Positions 50,301 through 63,512 of a DNA stretch of 64,000 nucleotides are shown piece by piece. Origin of the DNA: Strigamia acuminata (Eukaryota); contig OX442314.1 of NCBI GenBank assembly GCA_949358305.1, forward strand, positions 4,278,001-4,342,000, in the 5' to 3' direction. Positions within the stretch are counted from its first letter, which is position 1. Every line of letters begins with the position of its first letter. Below the pieces are notes generated by a model. That model did no database searches, was not told where the DNA came from, and worked only from the letters and a program-made list of their open reading frames with translations. The translations under genes were made by a program, and so were the position numbers.

Positions 50301-53300
50301 GAAAAGTGAGGTCAGACAATGGCACTGAATTTCTGGGTTCCAAATTTAAAAATTTGTTGCATGAGCGAGGAATTAACCACCAATTAACTGTTCCTTACTC
50401 GCCTCAACAAAATGGCGCTGCCGAGCGCCCAAACAGGAAGTTACTTGATGCGGCTAGGACACTGTTACTGGATGCAAATTTGCCTATTCGATTTTGGCAA
50501 AATGCGGTGGAAGTTGCCGCATACTATTGTAACAGATCCCGAATGAGACGTTTTAAAGATGAGACACTTATTGAGAGATTTACTGGACATAAACCAAACA
50601 TTGCAAACATGCGCCTTTTTGAGTGTCTTGCTTACACCTGGTTTCCGGCTCAGGAAAGGACCAAGTTCGACCTCCGAGCGAGGAGAGCAATTTTTATTGG
50701 TTATTCATTTCAATCGGCGGGTTGGCGGTTCTTTGACTCCAGCAGGAATAAATATTTTGTTGCACGTGACGCCAAGTTTGATGAGCAAACTCAGGGATCA
50801 AAGCTGTTATTGAAGGAATCAAGCGACGCATTGGACCGAACCGAGCCGAATCCATCATTGGAGAGTTGTGGATGAGGAAGTTTTAGTGGAGTTCAATGAT
50901 CTACCTTCCCAACCCCCACAGCCTCCTCCACCTAATATTATGTAACCGAGCGCAGCACGACCGGTACGACGCAATCCAGTAAGGACATGTAGATTACCTG
51001 CCCATCCCACTCCATATGATGTGACGGATTGGCGCCGACACCGTAGAGTCAGGTTTTCATCTGGGGATATACACACGGCACGTCTAAACAAAGTTGAAAT
51101 GGCAGATGATGTGATCGTGCCGAGGAATTATAAGCAAGCTATGGCATCAGCGCAAGCAGACAAATGGCAGAAAGCCATGGAATCGGAACTGAAGTCTCAG
51201 CGGGAACAGGACACTTGGGACATAGTTGACTGTCCTATTGGAAAGAAAGTTGTCGGATCTCGCTGGATTTATTTGCTTAAGACCAATCAGAAGAGAAATA
51301 TTCTAAAATAGCCCAAGGTTATAATGTTTTCAAGGGCGTGGATTATGATGAGTCGTACTCCCCCGTGGTGCGAATTGCGACAATACGCATTTTAATGTGT
51401 GAAAATCGGATGATTTTACGTGTAAATTACAATTTTTAATTGATTTGTATTGTTGAATTATATTTCCATTTTTACTTGTGAATTTTGATATTGAATTTAT
51501 GATTTTATTTGATTTGTGTATGTTATATTTTCATATTACAATGTGTTTTATCTCCACTTAAAATGTTTATCAATTTATTATAATATGTTTTCAATTTCCA
51601 TTTAAAAGGGTTTAACTTGTTCTCTTATCAACCGGAATGTTAGTTGCTAATCTGTTAAAGAATGTTATAATCTTCTAAATTGTGACACGCTCGTCATTGG
51701 TCCTTTGAGCGCGTCATTTGCATTTTGCCATCTTGTAAATGCTTGTGATTGGTTCTCCGAACTTATCATTTGCATCACCTTTTATCATTTGAATTGAATA
51801 AATCTTAGTGTACTTTTTTACCTTAAACTGTGTGATCGTGCTTCCTTTATACTCCGACGCCATATTGGAACTTCAACAGAAACATCATTTGTATCCAGAG
51901 AACTTTGGAAATTAATTGGTAAACTTCGAATAACTTTTTATTTACTTCAAGTTTAACATAATGGCATTGGCTGCCTGACACGGATTAAGAATGCGACATT
52001 GTGACATCGAAACAGCATATTTACATGCACTACTCAAAGGGACGGTTTTTATGGAATTATCCGAGGGCATTGACCTCGGTCCGGACAAGGTGAAACTACT
52101 AAAGAAAGCCATATATGGCCTTTCTCAGGCTGGCCAAGCATGGCACATCACACTGGAAAAGGAATTACTAAAGTCAGGATTTGTGAAACATCCAACCGAA
52201 CAATGTGTACATTTGTATTTTCTGGGAACGTCAATAATGATTTTAGCAACTTATGTCGACGACTTACTAACGTTGGACAATGACCCAAAGTTGCTGAGTA
52301 AGTTAATGACAAAGTTTCGTCAGCGTATTCGAGTCATTGATCTGGGGAAGATTGAAACCTTAGTAGGCATTCACATTGATCAAGACTTGAATAAAAGTAC
52401 AATTACATTGGATCAAACCAAGCATATTAGAGAGTTAGGCGAACACTTTGGACTTACTGGGTCGAGAACATTTAAAACATCAATGGACCCATCTCAGAGA
52501 TTAGAACTTCCGGGTTATCCCTTGAGACCTGATGCCAAAGATAAGCCTTATCGGGAACTGATGGGAGCATTACTCTACTTAGCTCAAGGACCTAGACCCG
52601 ATATTGCATTTCCGGTCCCCTTCTTGTCTCAATGGCTCAACCAACCCTGTGAAGGACATTGGATCTCTGTGAAACGGATTTTGAGGTATTTACTGGGTAC
52701 AGCGAATTACAGACTCACTTATATTGGGACGAAGGTGGACTTAACCACATATACAGATGCTTCTTGGAACACATGTGGCAAAGACTCTAAATCATTTGCC
52801 GGGTTTGTGAGATTGTTGAATAACACTGCAATTACGTGGCAAGCCAAAAAGCAAAGCTTGGTTTGCTTATCGACTTGTGAAGCAGAATTTACAGCCATGA
52901 TTGAGGCTAGTAAGGAACTTAAATGGATCCGAAACATAACCGAGGATATGCGAATCAACCCGCCATAGATTTGAAAAAAAATTTTAACTTTTATGCGAGA
53001 ACGGAAAATTTTAATCGAAGAGTTTCATTTGTGCGACAGGACTTGGAGAAGGGATTTTATGAGCTGACATATATATCAACGGACAGAATGTTGGCTGATA
53101 TGATGACTAAAGCGATAGGGCCCGAAAAGTTGAAACACGCATGTGAACAAATTGGATTAGTTGACTTTACAGAAAGTTTGAAGAATTAGAAATTGCGAAT
53201 TATGATAAATCCAATATGTTGGTTAATTGGTTTTATAATTGATTAGTTTCGTAACTATGGAAATGCATGTATACTAAATTAGACTAGTACAACAGTAGTA

Positions 53301-56300
53301 CATTTTATATAGATTCTAAACCCTTTTCGGCCCAGAGAATCCACTCATTCTTATTAGCTGTTTGTTTTGCTAGGTGACCATACCAACCAATCAAGCTCTC
53401 TAATTAGAGCCATTTTTTAATATAGGAATAAGTTGTCAGGATTTTTCAGATGCAATTTCAGATGTACTGTAATTTGCTTGCTGAGTACTATGAGCAATTA
53501 AAGTTAATGCTTTTCTGGGCAGATAGAGTTCACTAAATCTTCTCTATACTTTATAACTCAAATGGGATCAAATTAATCACCCCCATCTTTGAATCATTTT
53601 ATCCCCAACAATGTCTTAGTCCCCAACTAAAAAGGCAGTGGCTACGTTCATGTCCAACGTGAACGTATTATTTTGATGACATGCTGTGATTGACTGAGAC
53701 CCATTGATGTCAATTCGTTCCCTCGACGTAAGGTTTCTCAAATTTGATGTTCTCGAGGTTTTAGCTTCTCTTTTGTCAGGTAAGAATGCGTACTGCCAGA
53801 GGAACTGTACCCATGGGTTAGAAACACCATTGTGGCAGCCTATCAATAGCTAAGAGAGCATGGTGTTCACAATAAAAATAAAAATAAGAATTGAGCTAAA
53901 GTTGGCAGCAATTGGGATAAATATGTTGGGATATGAAACCTTTATTAGGAAGGGAGATTTTAAGTCATTTTGTTGGTTCATTTGATAAAGTTCTCAGGCA
54001 TTTAAACCGTAAAAAGATGAGTGATCCCACGTCATGCCTCTGACCAGTTTTAGACTTCTAAACTAAAGGTTCATTTTTCCCGCCCTTTTTTTTTCCCCGG
54101 GAAACGGGAAATTTTAATTCAATTTCCCGGGAATTCAACAAAATTAGGTATTTTTACACTAAAAACAAAAAAAAACGTTGAAAACACAAAAAAAAAACAC
54201 TGAAAACACTAGCTGCATTCCAAAACTAAAATATTTTGGGTTTTACTACAATTTTAAACCCAAAATGGCATCATTTCCTGCTTAAACCCATGTCAAAACT
54301 TAAAATACACTTAAACTAAAATTGTTATTTTAATTTTTGAATGCAGCTACTGAAAACAAAAAAAACACTAAATACACTAAAACAAATTAAAATGACACAA
54401 TAGCCTTCCCTCTAAATTGGTCCCATATTTTATGACCAATGTTTTGGATGCCAAAGTCAATTCTTTTTGGTCCAAATTCAAATCTAGAGTTTTTAAAAAT
54501 TTAAGCAAAGATACACCATCCTTATTCCTGCGCTCCTTAATTCGAACCAATAATGGTCCAAGCAATTCTGCTGAAATTGCATTGTTGTTAGTTTGCAAAG
54601 AATCTATTGTAGTCTATTGCAAACGACAAGAATATGAAGCGAACACGACGAGAAAAACGACGGGAATGCAAAGCAAATGCAACGGAAAAAACGACGAGAA
54701 ATCGACGGGAATGGGAAGCAAATACGAAGTGAATGTGACGGAAAACGACGGGAATGTGAAGCGAATGCAACAGGAAAAACGACGAGAAATCGACGGGAAT
54801 GGGAAGCGAATGCCACGGAAAAACGACAGAAATGCAAAGCGAACGCGACGTGTAAGCGACGTAGTCGTAAATGCTGTTAGGTTATAATATTTACTAAAGA
54901 CATTGTACGTATTATTGTATCGTATTATCAAGCAACTACGATTGCTAATTGTTCCTTCTGTATATATGTCACTTGTATTTATACTTTGCGTTACAAGCAT
55001 TTGCAGTGTTTACATTTGATATGTATAACTTCTATATTGCGCCTATAGGTGGCACTTGTATACCTTTGGATCACGTGATTAGACAGATTAAACTTAGACT
55101 TTCACCTGCACACACCTGTCTCTTCTTTCCTATGTTTTGGGTTTTCCACACCACTGCAAAGCTGGGCTTTTGCTAATGATTTGTACCACAAATCAACAAG
55201 GTTATGGGCCCAACAACGTGGGAAAACCCTGGAAAACCATTTGAAGTCATTTTCAACAAGTTGGAGCCAATTAGAGGTGAAGAAAGAAATTCCCTCTAAT
55301 TTATTCAAAATGGCGGCGCCCACAACTGAGGATGACAACTTGTGTTTTTGCCGAGATTCCGTGGATTTCCAAGAAGCAGAGAGTCACTAAACAACACAGG
55401 AACACTATTTGGGGTTTGAAAGATATTAAACCCATTAATTATTCGTTTTTTTGTTTCCGAATTTTGGATTTTGGACGTTTTTCCGTGCTACGAGGCGAAG
55501 CACGCATCGGCGAAGTGTCGATATTTACGCAAAGTGAACGTTTTCTTCGAGTGTTACACGAGGACATTAATTCTCGACAACCACACGTGAAGTGTGAACG
55601 AGAAAGAAGAAAGGAGACGGAAAACAAGCGGATTTTTGTGACAAAACGACACCTGATCTGATGAACGAGATTTTCGACGCGGAAAAGACATCAAAACGAG
55701 GCGAAATCAACAATACAGCTTTAAGAAGACTAGAACTTTTGTTTATTTCGAATATTGCTTTGAATACTATTAGTTATTTAAGTTTATTAGCTTAGTACTG
55801 TGTTAGGATTTACTAACTTAACTATAAGAGCGAACTAACATCACAACTTTGCACCTTGTTGTGATAAACCAGTACTGAAAGTGTTTTTGAGGAAAACATT
55901 GTGTGTATTCAACGTTTTTCAAGTGGTGGACACTTATTTCAACCATGGAAACGGATAAACCAGAGAGGAAAATCACCTTGCTGAACAGAGAGAACTATGA
56001 TTCCTGGAAACAACAGATAAAAGTACTGTTAATGCATCATGGTTGTTGGGGTTTCACCGATGGAACTGAGGAGGCGTTGGCACCGGGGGCGTCATGGCGT
56101 GATCGCTCAGATTACAAACTGCGGAAAGGACGTGCCTTCAGCCTAATTTACTACTCGATTGAAGACCAATATCATGAGCTGCTTAACGGGATCGAAGACG
56201 CGAAAAAGGCGTGGAATACGCTGCAAACCAACTTTGAACCAGTTTCCAGAGCGCGGATCATTCGTTTGTTGGACGAATTCTTCAGTTTAAAATATGACCC

Positions 56301-59300
56301 GGCAACGGAAACAATTGGGATTTTTGCAGCAAAGATACGAAACGCCGCAAAGAAATTGGCCGACGTGAAACACAAGTTGGAGGACTTATATCAAGCTTTC
56401 CAGTTGATTCGGTATTTACCTCAACAATACCAATCAATCGTTCAAAGTATCTACAGATGGGAAGACATAAACTTTACATTAGAGAAGGTCGAGGCCGAAT
56501 TGGTGGCAGAAGAGGGCAGACTTGCACAACAGAGACGGGATTCGGGTCAGGGACAGATAATAGATGCTTTCAGCACTGGACCAAGCAATTCCAACACAAA
56601 GAGCGCTGAAAACACGCCGAAATCTCAACAGCAGCAGGGAAACAATAGCCAAAACAGTCGTGGATACGGAGGCGGACAAAAGGGCGGCCGATCAAACTAT
56701 AGAGGCGGCAAAAATTTCAGAAATTTTTGTGGAAACACGACCGGATCATCGGGACGGGGGCCGTGTTTTCGCTGCAATCAACCAGGCCATTGGGCGAGAG
56801 ATTGCACGACGCAATTGCCACCAAATAGCAGCCTAAATACCAACACAATGGAAGAATTGGATGCGAATATGATGAATGTCGGTTTCCTAACCGAATTGGA
56901 CAAAGAAGAAATGCTGCAGTGCAGCACAGCAAATAACTGTTGGATTTACGACACCGGGGCAACAGGGCATTTCTGTAAAGAAAAGGACCAGTTCTTTAAC
57001 TTCAAACAAACCACGGGGACCATTAGCCAAGCGGATAAGAAGACATTAATCCAAATCCAAGGCGTCGGCGACGTCTGCGTGATGTGCGTCGTGGGACAAG
57101 AAACAATTCCGATTACTTTAAAGAAAGTTTATTACGCACCGGATTTGAGGAGAAATTTGATGTCGGGACCGTGTATAGATGAAGCAAGATGCAAGGTCGC
57201 AATTGGCTCTGGAATAGTGAAGATTTATGATCCACAGTGGAAACGACAGTTAATGCAAGCAGTGAAAAAGGACAGGCTGTATTACCTTCAAACAAGTGAT
57301 CAGAAACCAGATTTCGACAAGTTGAGACAAAAACAGAACAATAAAGCCAATGTTGGCGAGCAACAAAACCAATCACCGGCTGGATCAACGAAAAATGCAT
57401 CAAGTCCAGAAGAGGCTAGGCTTTGGCACGAGAGATTGGGACACATCCATTTTCCCAGTGTCCAACAAATGAGCAAAACACAAGCGGTAATTGGATTACC
57501 AGTGCTAGATGTCCCAATCACACAGTGTGATGTCTGCACATTGGCGAAAAAGAAGTCGGTTTCGCACAAATCAATACCTGGAATTAGATCGAAACAGCCA
57601 CTAGAATTACTGCACATGGATGTATGCGGGGCTTTTGGGACAGCAACGCTCTCAGGAAATAGATATTTCCTGACCATCACAGATGATTATTCGCGTTACT
57701 CAACAGTGTATCTAATGAAGAAAAAGGATGAGGTATTCGAGATATTTCAGAAGCATGTGAAACGAATAGAACGATTGCTCGGAAAGTCGGTTCTAGCAAT
57801 TCGAACGGACAATGGGATGGAGTTTTGTTCCAACAAGTTCGGGGAGTACCTTGAGGGACAAGGAATTGCACACGAGAGAACCAACGCATACACACCTCAG
57901 CAGAATGGAGTTTCTGAGAGGCTTAACCAGACTTTGGCGAATGGAATGCGCGCACTCGTCTATGACGCGTAATTGGAACATCGTTTTTGGGGCGAAGCAA
58001 TCCTAACATTCAACTATCTCCGAAATAGGATTGCCAAACTAAATTCAGATAAAACACCAATGGAACTGTATTATGGCCGTAAGCCGTCGCTTCGACACTT
58101 GAGGAAGTTTGGGAGTTTATGTTTCGTGCAAAAGAAAATTCGAGATGGGAAAATAGACAATAAGGGACTGCACGGAATTATGCTTGGCTATTCCCGGATA
58201 ACAAAAGGATACAGGGTCTGGCTGCCAGAATTTTCCAAAGTGATCGAGACCAATGACGTTAAGTTTGTAGAAAGCAGACGCGGAGTTGAAGGCGTGCTGG
58301 GCCTACCAGAGAAATATACAACGTATATCGACAACCTAGAAGACAACTTGGATGATAACATCGATCGTCAATACTATTCGGATGATGATGTAAGACCACC
58401 GCTACCTCCGCCGCAACCTATTGTGAAGAAAGAGGAAGAAGAATTTCCTCAACTGAAATTGAAGTTCAGATTACCGGATGAAAAGCTTCGACCCAAACCA
58501 AACATACAGCTGAAGCAGGGGTAAAACCGCAGGGCATTTTACCGCAGCCATGTCTTATGAATCCAATACCTACGATACCTGATCTTGTCTGGAAGAAGAC
58601 AGAAAAGACAAGACCAACTGGACAGAGAGATATTGAGTACACCATCGAGGGATACGACAAACCAAGATTGCGTTCGATACCAGAAGTCAAACGTTACTGC
58701 AGGGACCACAATCTCCGTGTTCCTGAACATCTTTTCGAGGACAAGAGAAAGAAGAAGCCATCGGAATCGAATACAACAGCAGACTATTCAGACGCAGATA
58801 TAGACGAATTAACCCTTGACTTTGAAGCCAATCACCTCGAAGTTCACATTCCTACACGCTTTGAGCAGATTGCTAACTTGCCACAAAAAGGAGAGTGGAA
58901 TCAAGCGATGTCTGACGAGATCGACACTATGCACGAACGCGACGTTTGGGAGTTGGTTCCACCGCCACCCGATACTAAAGTGATTGGATGTAGGTGGATC
59001 TACACAATCAAGCTGAATGAAAAGGAAGAGATAGCCCGATATAAAGCGAGACTTGTCACGCAAGGTTTTTCGCAAATCTACGGCGAGTCTTATGAAGAGA
59101 CTTTCTCGCCTGTGGTCGACTTCTCCATTGTACGCTTTATGTTTACGCTGCTAGTGTGCATGTTAAAGTGGTCCTATATCCAGGCTGATGTCAAGTGCGC
59201 TTATCTCTACGCAAAGCTGCACAAAACCATATATATGCGCCAACCCAAGGGATTTATTTGCAAAGGGAAGGAAAACTACGTATGCAAACTCCTTCGAGCA

Positions 59301-62300
59301 ATATACGGTCTACACCAATCAGGCCGAGAATGGGGAATCGAATTGGAGGACACTTTGTTAAAACTTGGATTGGAGCATGTCAACTGGTGTAATTGCGTTT
59401 ACAAGTTCGGAAGCGTGGCATACTTAATTGTGTATGTCGACGACCTCGTTGTTTTCGGCAGACAGTACGAGGATGCCATGAACGTCCTGAATATGGTCAA
59501 AACGCAATTTGATCTCGTGATTTTGGGAAAAACGAAGAAGTTGCTGGGAGTGGAATTCCATCCACATAATCAACAGATGGTGTTACATCAAAGGACTTAT
59601 ATAAATAAGGTCCTGCTCAAGTTCAAAAACCATCTGGAATTAGTCAAGATTAGATCGCAGCCGATGACGAAATCGACTGTTCTCACAAAGAAGCAGTGCC
59701 CAACCACGATAGATGACTTTAAACAAATGGAGGGAATCCCTTACAGGAACCTACTTGGGTGTCTGGCCTTCATCGCTTCGAGAACCAGACCAGACATTAC
59801 GTACGCAGTTAATATACTGAGTCAGTTCCAATCCAATCCGGGGTGGGACCACTGGATCGTCCTACTGGACCTACTCAGCTATGTTAGAACCACCAAGAAC
59901 TTAGGACTGATGCTTTTCCCAAATAATCAAATTGAGATCATTGGATACAGCGACTCCGATTATGCTAATAATCGAGACGATCGGATCTCCATTGGAGGGA
60001 CTTTAATAACTCTTGGCGGCGCACCAATTTATTGGAGAACTTTTAAACAACGAAATGTGACGCTGTCCACTATGGAAGCCGAATATGTGGCCCTTACCGA
60101 AACAGTGAAGGACTATATTTGGATCGTCCGAGTCCTACACGAGATCGTCCCTAAACTTGCAGATCACTTTTACCATCGTGTTCTTTGCGATAACATTTCG
60201 GCAGTAGATTTCACCAAGTCGAATATCGAAAATCGCAAAACTAAACACATCGATATAAGATATCATTTCATCCGAGAGCTTGTTAGGAGAGACAACCTCC
60301 AGATCTCACACGTTGGGACGAAATATAATTTTGCAGACATTTTTACTAAGTCCGTCGACAAGGTTGACCTTTTGCATTTTTGTAATCTTTTCCTTGTTGA
60401 CATTTGTCCGTTGAGCGCTTGATTATACGAGGGGGCCGATTGTTAGGTTATAATATTTACTAAAGACATTGTACGTATTATTGTATCGTATTATCAAGCA
60501 ACAACGATTGCTAATTGTTCCTTCTGTATATATGTCACTTGTATTTATACTTTGCGTTACAAGCATTTGCAGTGTTTACATTTGATATGTATAACTTCTA
60601 TATTGCGCCTATAGGTGGCACTTGTATACCTTTGGATCACGTGATTAGACAGATTAAACTCACTCTATGTTTAGACTTTCACCTGCACACACCTGTCTCT
60701 TCTTTCCTATGTTTTGGGTTTTCCACACCACTGCAAAGCTGGGCTTTTGCTAATGATTTGTACCACAAATCAACAAATGCAACGTCCAAGCGCATATTTC
60801 ACGTACATGTACGTGTCGGGAAAACCCGGGAAATTCAACCAAATTTCCCGGGAAACGGTAATTCAAAAATTGCAAAAATTCCCAGGAATTCCCGCCCGGG
60901 AATGAACCTTTATTCTAAACCGGATGTTTAGAAAGTCTCATGTAACGGTCATGTCTGTCTGTCTGTCTGTCAACAACGATTCCGCAAAATCTACCGCAGC
61001 TAGAGCCAAACGGACAACGACATTAAATCGAGCATATCTATATTAGTCTCCTATGGTATTTTCAGATTTCTCCGACCTCCGGTTGAATTAATAAACCGGT
61101 TTTAGTGCACTTTTAGCTGTGTATTTCATGAAAATTATGGAAATGACGTCATCATGACGACGTCATTTCCGTAATTTTCATGGAATAGACTTGGGACAGA
61201 CGGAAAACGGAAAACGAGAAACGGGAAATTATAACGACGGAAATGCGAAGCTAGTGAAACGTTCGTTGTATGCGATTGGTTTACATCCCGGCATCGGCGT
61301 ATTACGCGCATTTGGCGGCGTTCTGGGCGAAGAAGCTTTTGAATGATTTAATTGCAAAATTGTTGTTTTGTGTCATTAATTTATTATTATTATTTTTTTA
61401 ATTAGGGGCAGCGTTTAGAAGTCTCATGTGTAATGCTTCCCTGCATTACAAATGTTTACTTGTTTGTCTTTCCATTTCGTCCATGCTTCTGGGGTTGGGG
61501 TGCCTCAATCTATGATGCCAAATCATGCGTGTAGGCGCTCTAGCTGCACACGCAACTTCTCCCCTTGACCCCTCGCAATATGTTGCCGACAGTAAGAACT
61601 TGTCGTCCACTCGCTGCGCCGTCATCACTTTATTCCCAGCAGCGTCAAGTACGCTTGCGCAGTTTTTCGTAAATCTGACCTCCAGTCTGGCGTCCACGAT
61701 TTTAGGAACGGATAATAAATTGGTTTGCAATGTCGGAACGTATAAAACGTTATTTAGACATAATCTATTCACCATCTCATTTTCCTTTATGACCAATTCT
61801 CCACGTCCTGGCAACCCCGCTTCGACTTCTCGGCTAGCCAGTCCTACATTTTGTGGATACGGCTCAAATGTGTAAAAAGCTTCTTTGTTTGACACCATGT
61901 GGCTCGTCGCACCCGAATCAATTAGCCACTCTTCTTCTCTTTCTTGCGCCGTCACAGCATTGGCGCGCTCGTCCCCTCGACTTCTCGGCTTCACCCACGC
62001 TCCAAACGAATATTCGCGTGGCTTGGTTGATGGATACGCCTCGCAACGTGCGCTGTGTTCGGTTGGCTTCTTTTCTCCTCGCCATCTCTCGAATGTTTTC
62101 GTTCCACCACCCACTCGTGTTTGTGCGTTCGCGTTTCCCGTCGACCCATCTCTTCCTTTATCCTTGGACCAGCAGTCCCTGACAAAATGCCCATTTTTGT
62201 GACAATTATAACATTCCATTCCAGTTTTTCCTTTCGGTCGCGCCCTGTAGACATTTTCAGATCCTTGTCCGCTTTTCTTTTTGTTACGTAGTCTTTCTTT

Positions 62301-63512
62301 CGCCCGAAGCATCGTTTGTGCGTCCATCATCAACAATTGTTTTTCTTCCCTTCAAAAATCCTGACGTTGTGCTCGAATTCGTAAGCGACCATTTCTTGGT
62401 TCGAATAAACCTTCCTAAGCTCTGCTCTCTTTGCTCCTATCGCTTCGGCTCTGTTCACGTATTCATCCACGGTCTCTTTTTCCTGCATCTTTAACTTTGC
62501 CAATTCAATTCCACACCTGACTATTTTGTAGTTATTCTTCGGCCCCATGTCGGCTTCAATCTTCTCCCACAAGCTCTTTGCACTTGTCTCGGTGCAGTAC
62601 CGTATCGCTTGCTCTGCCGAAAGTGAAATCACCAAAACGTTCATGGCCTCGTTATCTCTCTTCTCCCAATCTTCCTAAATAGCTTGCATTTGAGCATAAG
62701 TTGCCTGTCCCGGTTGTGCCATCTCCAGTTCCGCTTGCTCGATCGATGTTTTCCACAAGCATTTCATTTTTAGCATCGTCCTCACGCGCATCTTCCATAG
62801 GAAATAATTCCGCTCTGTCAGCCTCTCTATCGCCGTTGAAGTTGAAGAGATATTCACGACCGTCGCCGCCATTTTCTCTCGAACAAATGCGTGCAAAAGA
62901 ACGTACGAATTACTCTCTCTTGTCAATTCCACTTATTTATACTTGCGCTTCACTGCTACAGCCCGATTTTTTCAACCGTCCTCTGCTACCACTTGTTGGT
63001 TCATTTGATAAAGTTCTCAGGCATTTAAACGGTAAAAAAATGACTGATTTGCTTTAATCGACCATTTTGGTACAACTCGTTGTCAAAAACAACCTCTTGC
63101 GCGCAACAAAGCTTATTTCACAGAGTGATTAACAATCGCGCAATTAGTAATTACTTTGATGTTAAAATTCACTCACAATCGTTTGGTGGAAAATGAGTCA
63201 AAGATGTGGGGTGATTACCATTCTGCCTCATATTAACGCCGGGTTAAAACAGGTGTCGGGCCCGAATAAGCAAAGGGCTTCAAATAGACGTCGAGTGGTC
63301 GAGTCAGGAAAAATAATGAACACGCCCTGGCATTTATTTGAGGCAGTATGGTAAATCAGTCAATTTAATTGTTATTAGATTGGTTAGATAAATAATTTTT
63401 GTGAATCATTAATTTTACTTTAATCATACCCATATATGTTGATTGCAAACTTCTGGAGGATAAAGTCCTATCAACGACATTTTAAGTTCTGCTGATAGAT
63501 AGTTTGATTTTT
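44336..63512 (-). CDS. DEG/ENaC gene, copy 3: last four exons (63430-63512, 46137-46232, 45888-45997, 44336-44720); the 5' part lies beyond the window
   Basis: Exons are homologous to domain-2 exons of copies 1 and 2: LYPPEVCNQHIW | FFLNDPKDEVNILAPM | NPCEKNKTTYFMCKTAC..INCR | LPYM...CKCKRPC...LLSDIGSIVGLTLGMS. Splice phases are the same. Confidence 0.8.
48278..49876. mobile_element. Harbinger-like element (TSD AAT) inserted in the Copia, itself carrying a Tc1-like MITE (48761-49514)
   Basis: AAT|AGGGGGTTTCATT...AATGAAACCCCCT|AAT. Inner TA|CAGGGTGAGTCAAAAGTC...GACTTTTGACTCACCCTG|TA. Confidence 0.85.
51398..51958. mobile_element. Solo LTR inserted in the Copia RT domain
   Basis: TG...CA ends (TGTG...AACA), 5-bp TSD TAATG and an internal AATAAA. 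Removing it restores the RT frame IRILM-ALAA. Confidence 0.85.
54875..60775 (+). mobile_element. Full-length Ty1/Copia LTR retrotransposon with an MBD-like domain
   Basis: LTRs 54875-55198 and 60441-60775 (TGTT...AACA; 1 substitution plus an 11-bp indel), TSD AATGC, PBS GGTTATGGGCCCA, PPT GAGGGGG. Confidence 0.97.
55945..60422 (+). pseudogene. Copia gag-pol (gag, zinc knuckle, protease, integrase, MBD-like, RT, RNase H) with one nonsense codon and one frameshift
   Basis: Motifs CFRCNQPGHWARDC, WIYDTGATGH, LWHERLGH, HMDVCG, RTDNGMEF, YKARLV, YVDDL, YSDSDY and KHIDIRYHFIRE. TAA at 57970-57972 inside integrase; frameshift within 58482-58521. Confidence 0.93.
61446..62872 (-). mobile_element. 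Truncated, decayed Copia (gag, protease, GAG-pre-integrase)
   Basis: ERLTERNYFLWKMRV, CYNCHKNGHFVRDC, WLIDSGATSHM, NVLYVPTLQTNLLSV and IWHHRLRH. Stops at ~62675 and ~62330; no integrase core or RT. Confidence 0.9.

Larger units (their letters stand above)
46656..53294 (+). mobile_element. Ty1/Copia LTR retrotransposon, decayed, with 78-bp LTRs
   Basis: LTRs 46656-46733 and 53217-53294 (TGTTG...CAACA, 1 mismatch), TSD GTAGT, PBS GGTTATGGGCC. Coding remnants: gag zinc knuckle CWNCGRIGHRYSEC, protease WYIDSGASSHM, integrase HVDLCGP/RSDNGTEF/QQNGAAER, RT YVDDLL and RNase H YTDASW. Multiple stops and frameshifts. Confidence 0.95.
54064..60912 (-). mobile_element. hAT-family DNA transposon derivative hosting the Copia-MBD insertion
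   Basis: TIR TAAAGGTTCATT / AATGAACCTTTA, 8-bp TSD TTCTAAAC and CCCGGGAA subterminal repeats. A possible transposase remnant (LLVRIKERRNKDGVSLLKFL) lies at 54377-54598. Confidence 0.85.

Noticed and set aside
54417..55000. ORFs over the ACGGGAATG-rich tract
   Set aside because: Degenerate ~60-bp repeats inside the hAT derivative, with no coherent protein.
57970..57972. Programmed stop-codon read-through in the Copia
   Set aside because: The TAA lies within the integrase core, not at a gag-pol boundary. A point mutation or sequencing error is the simpler explanation.
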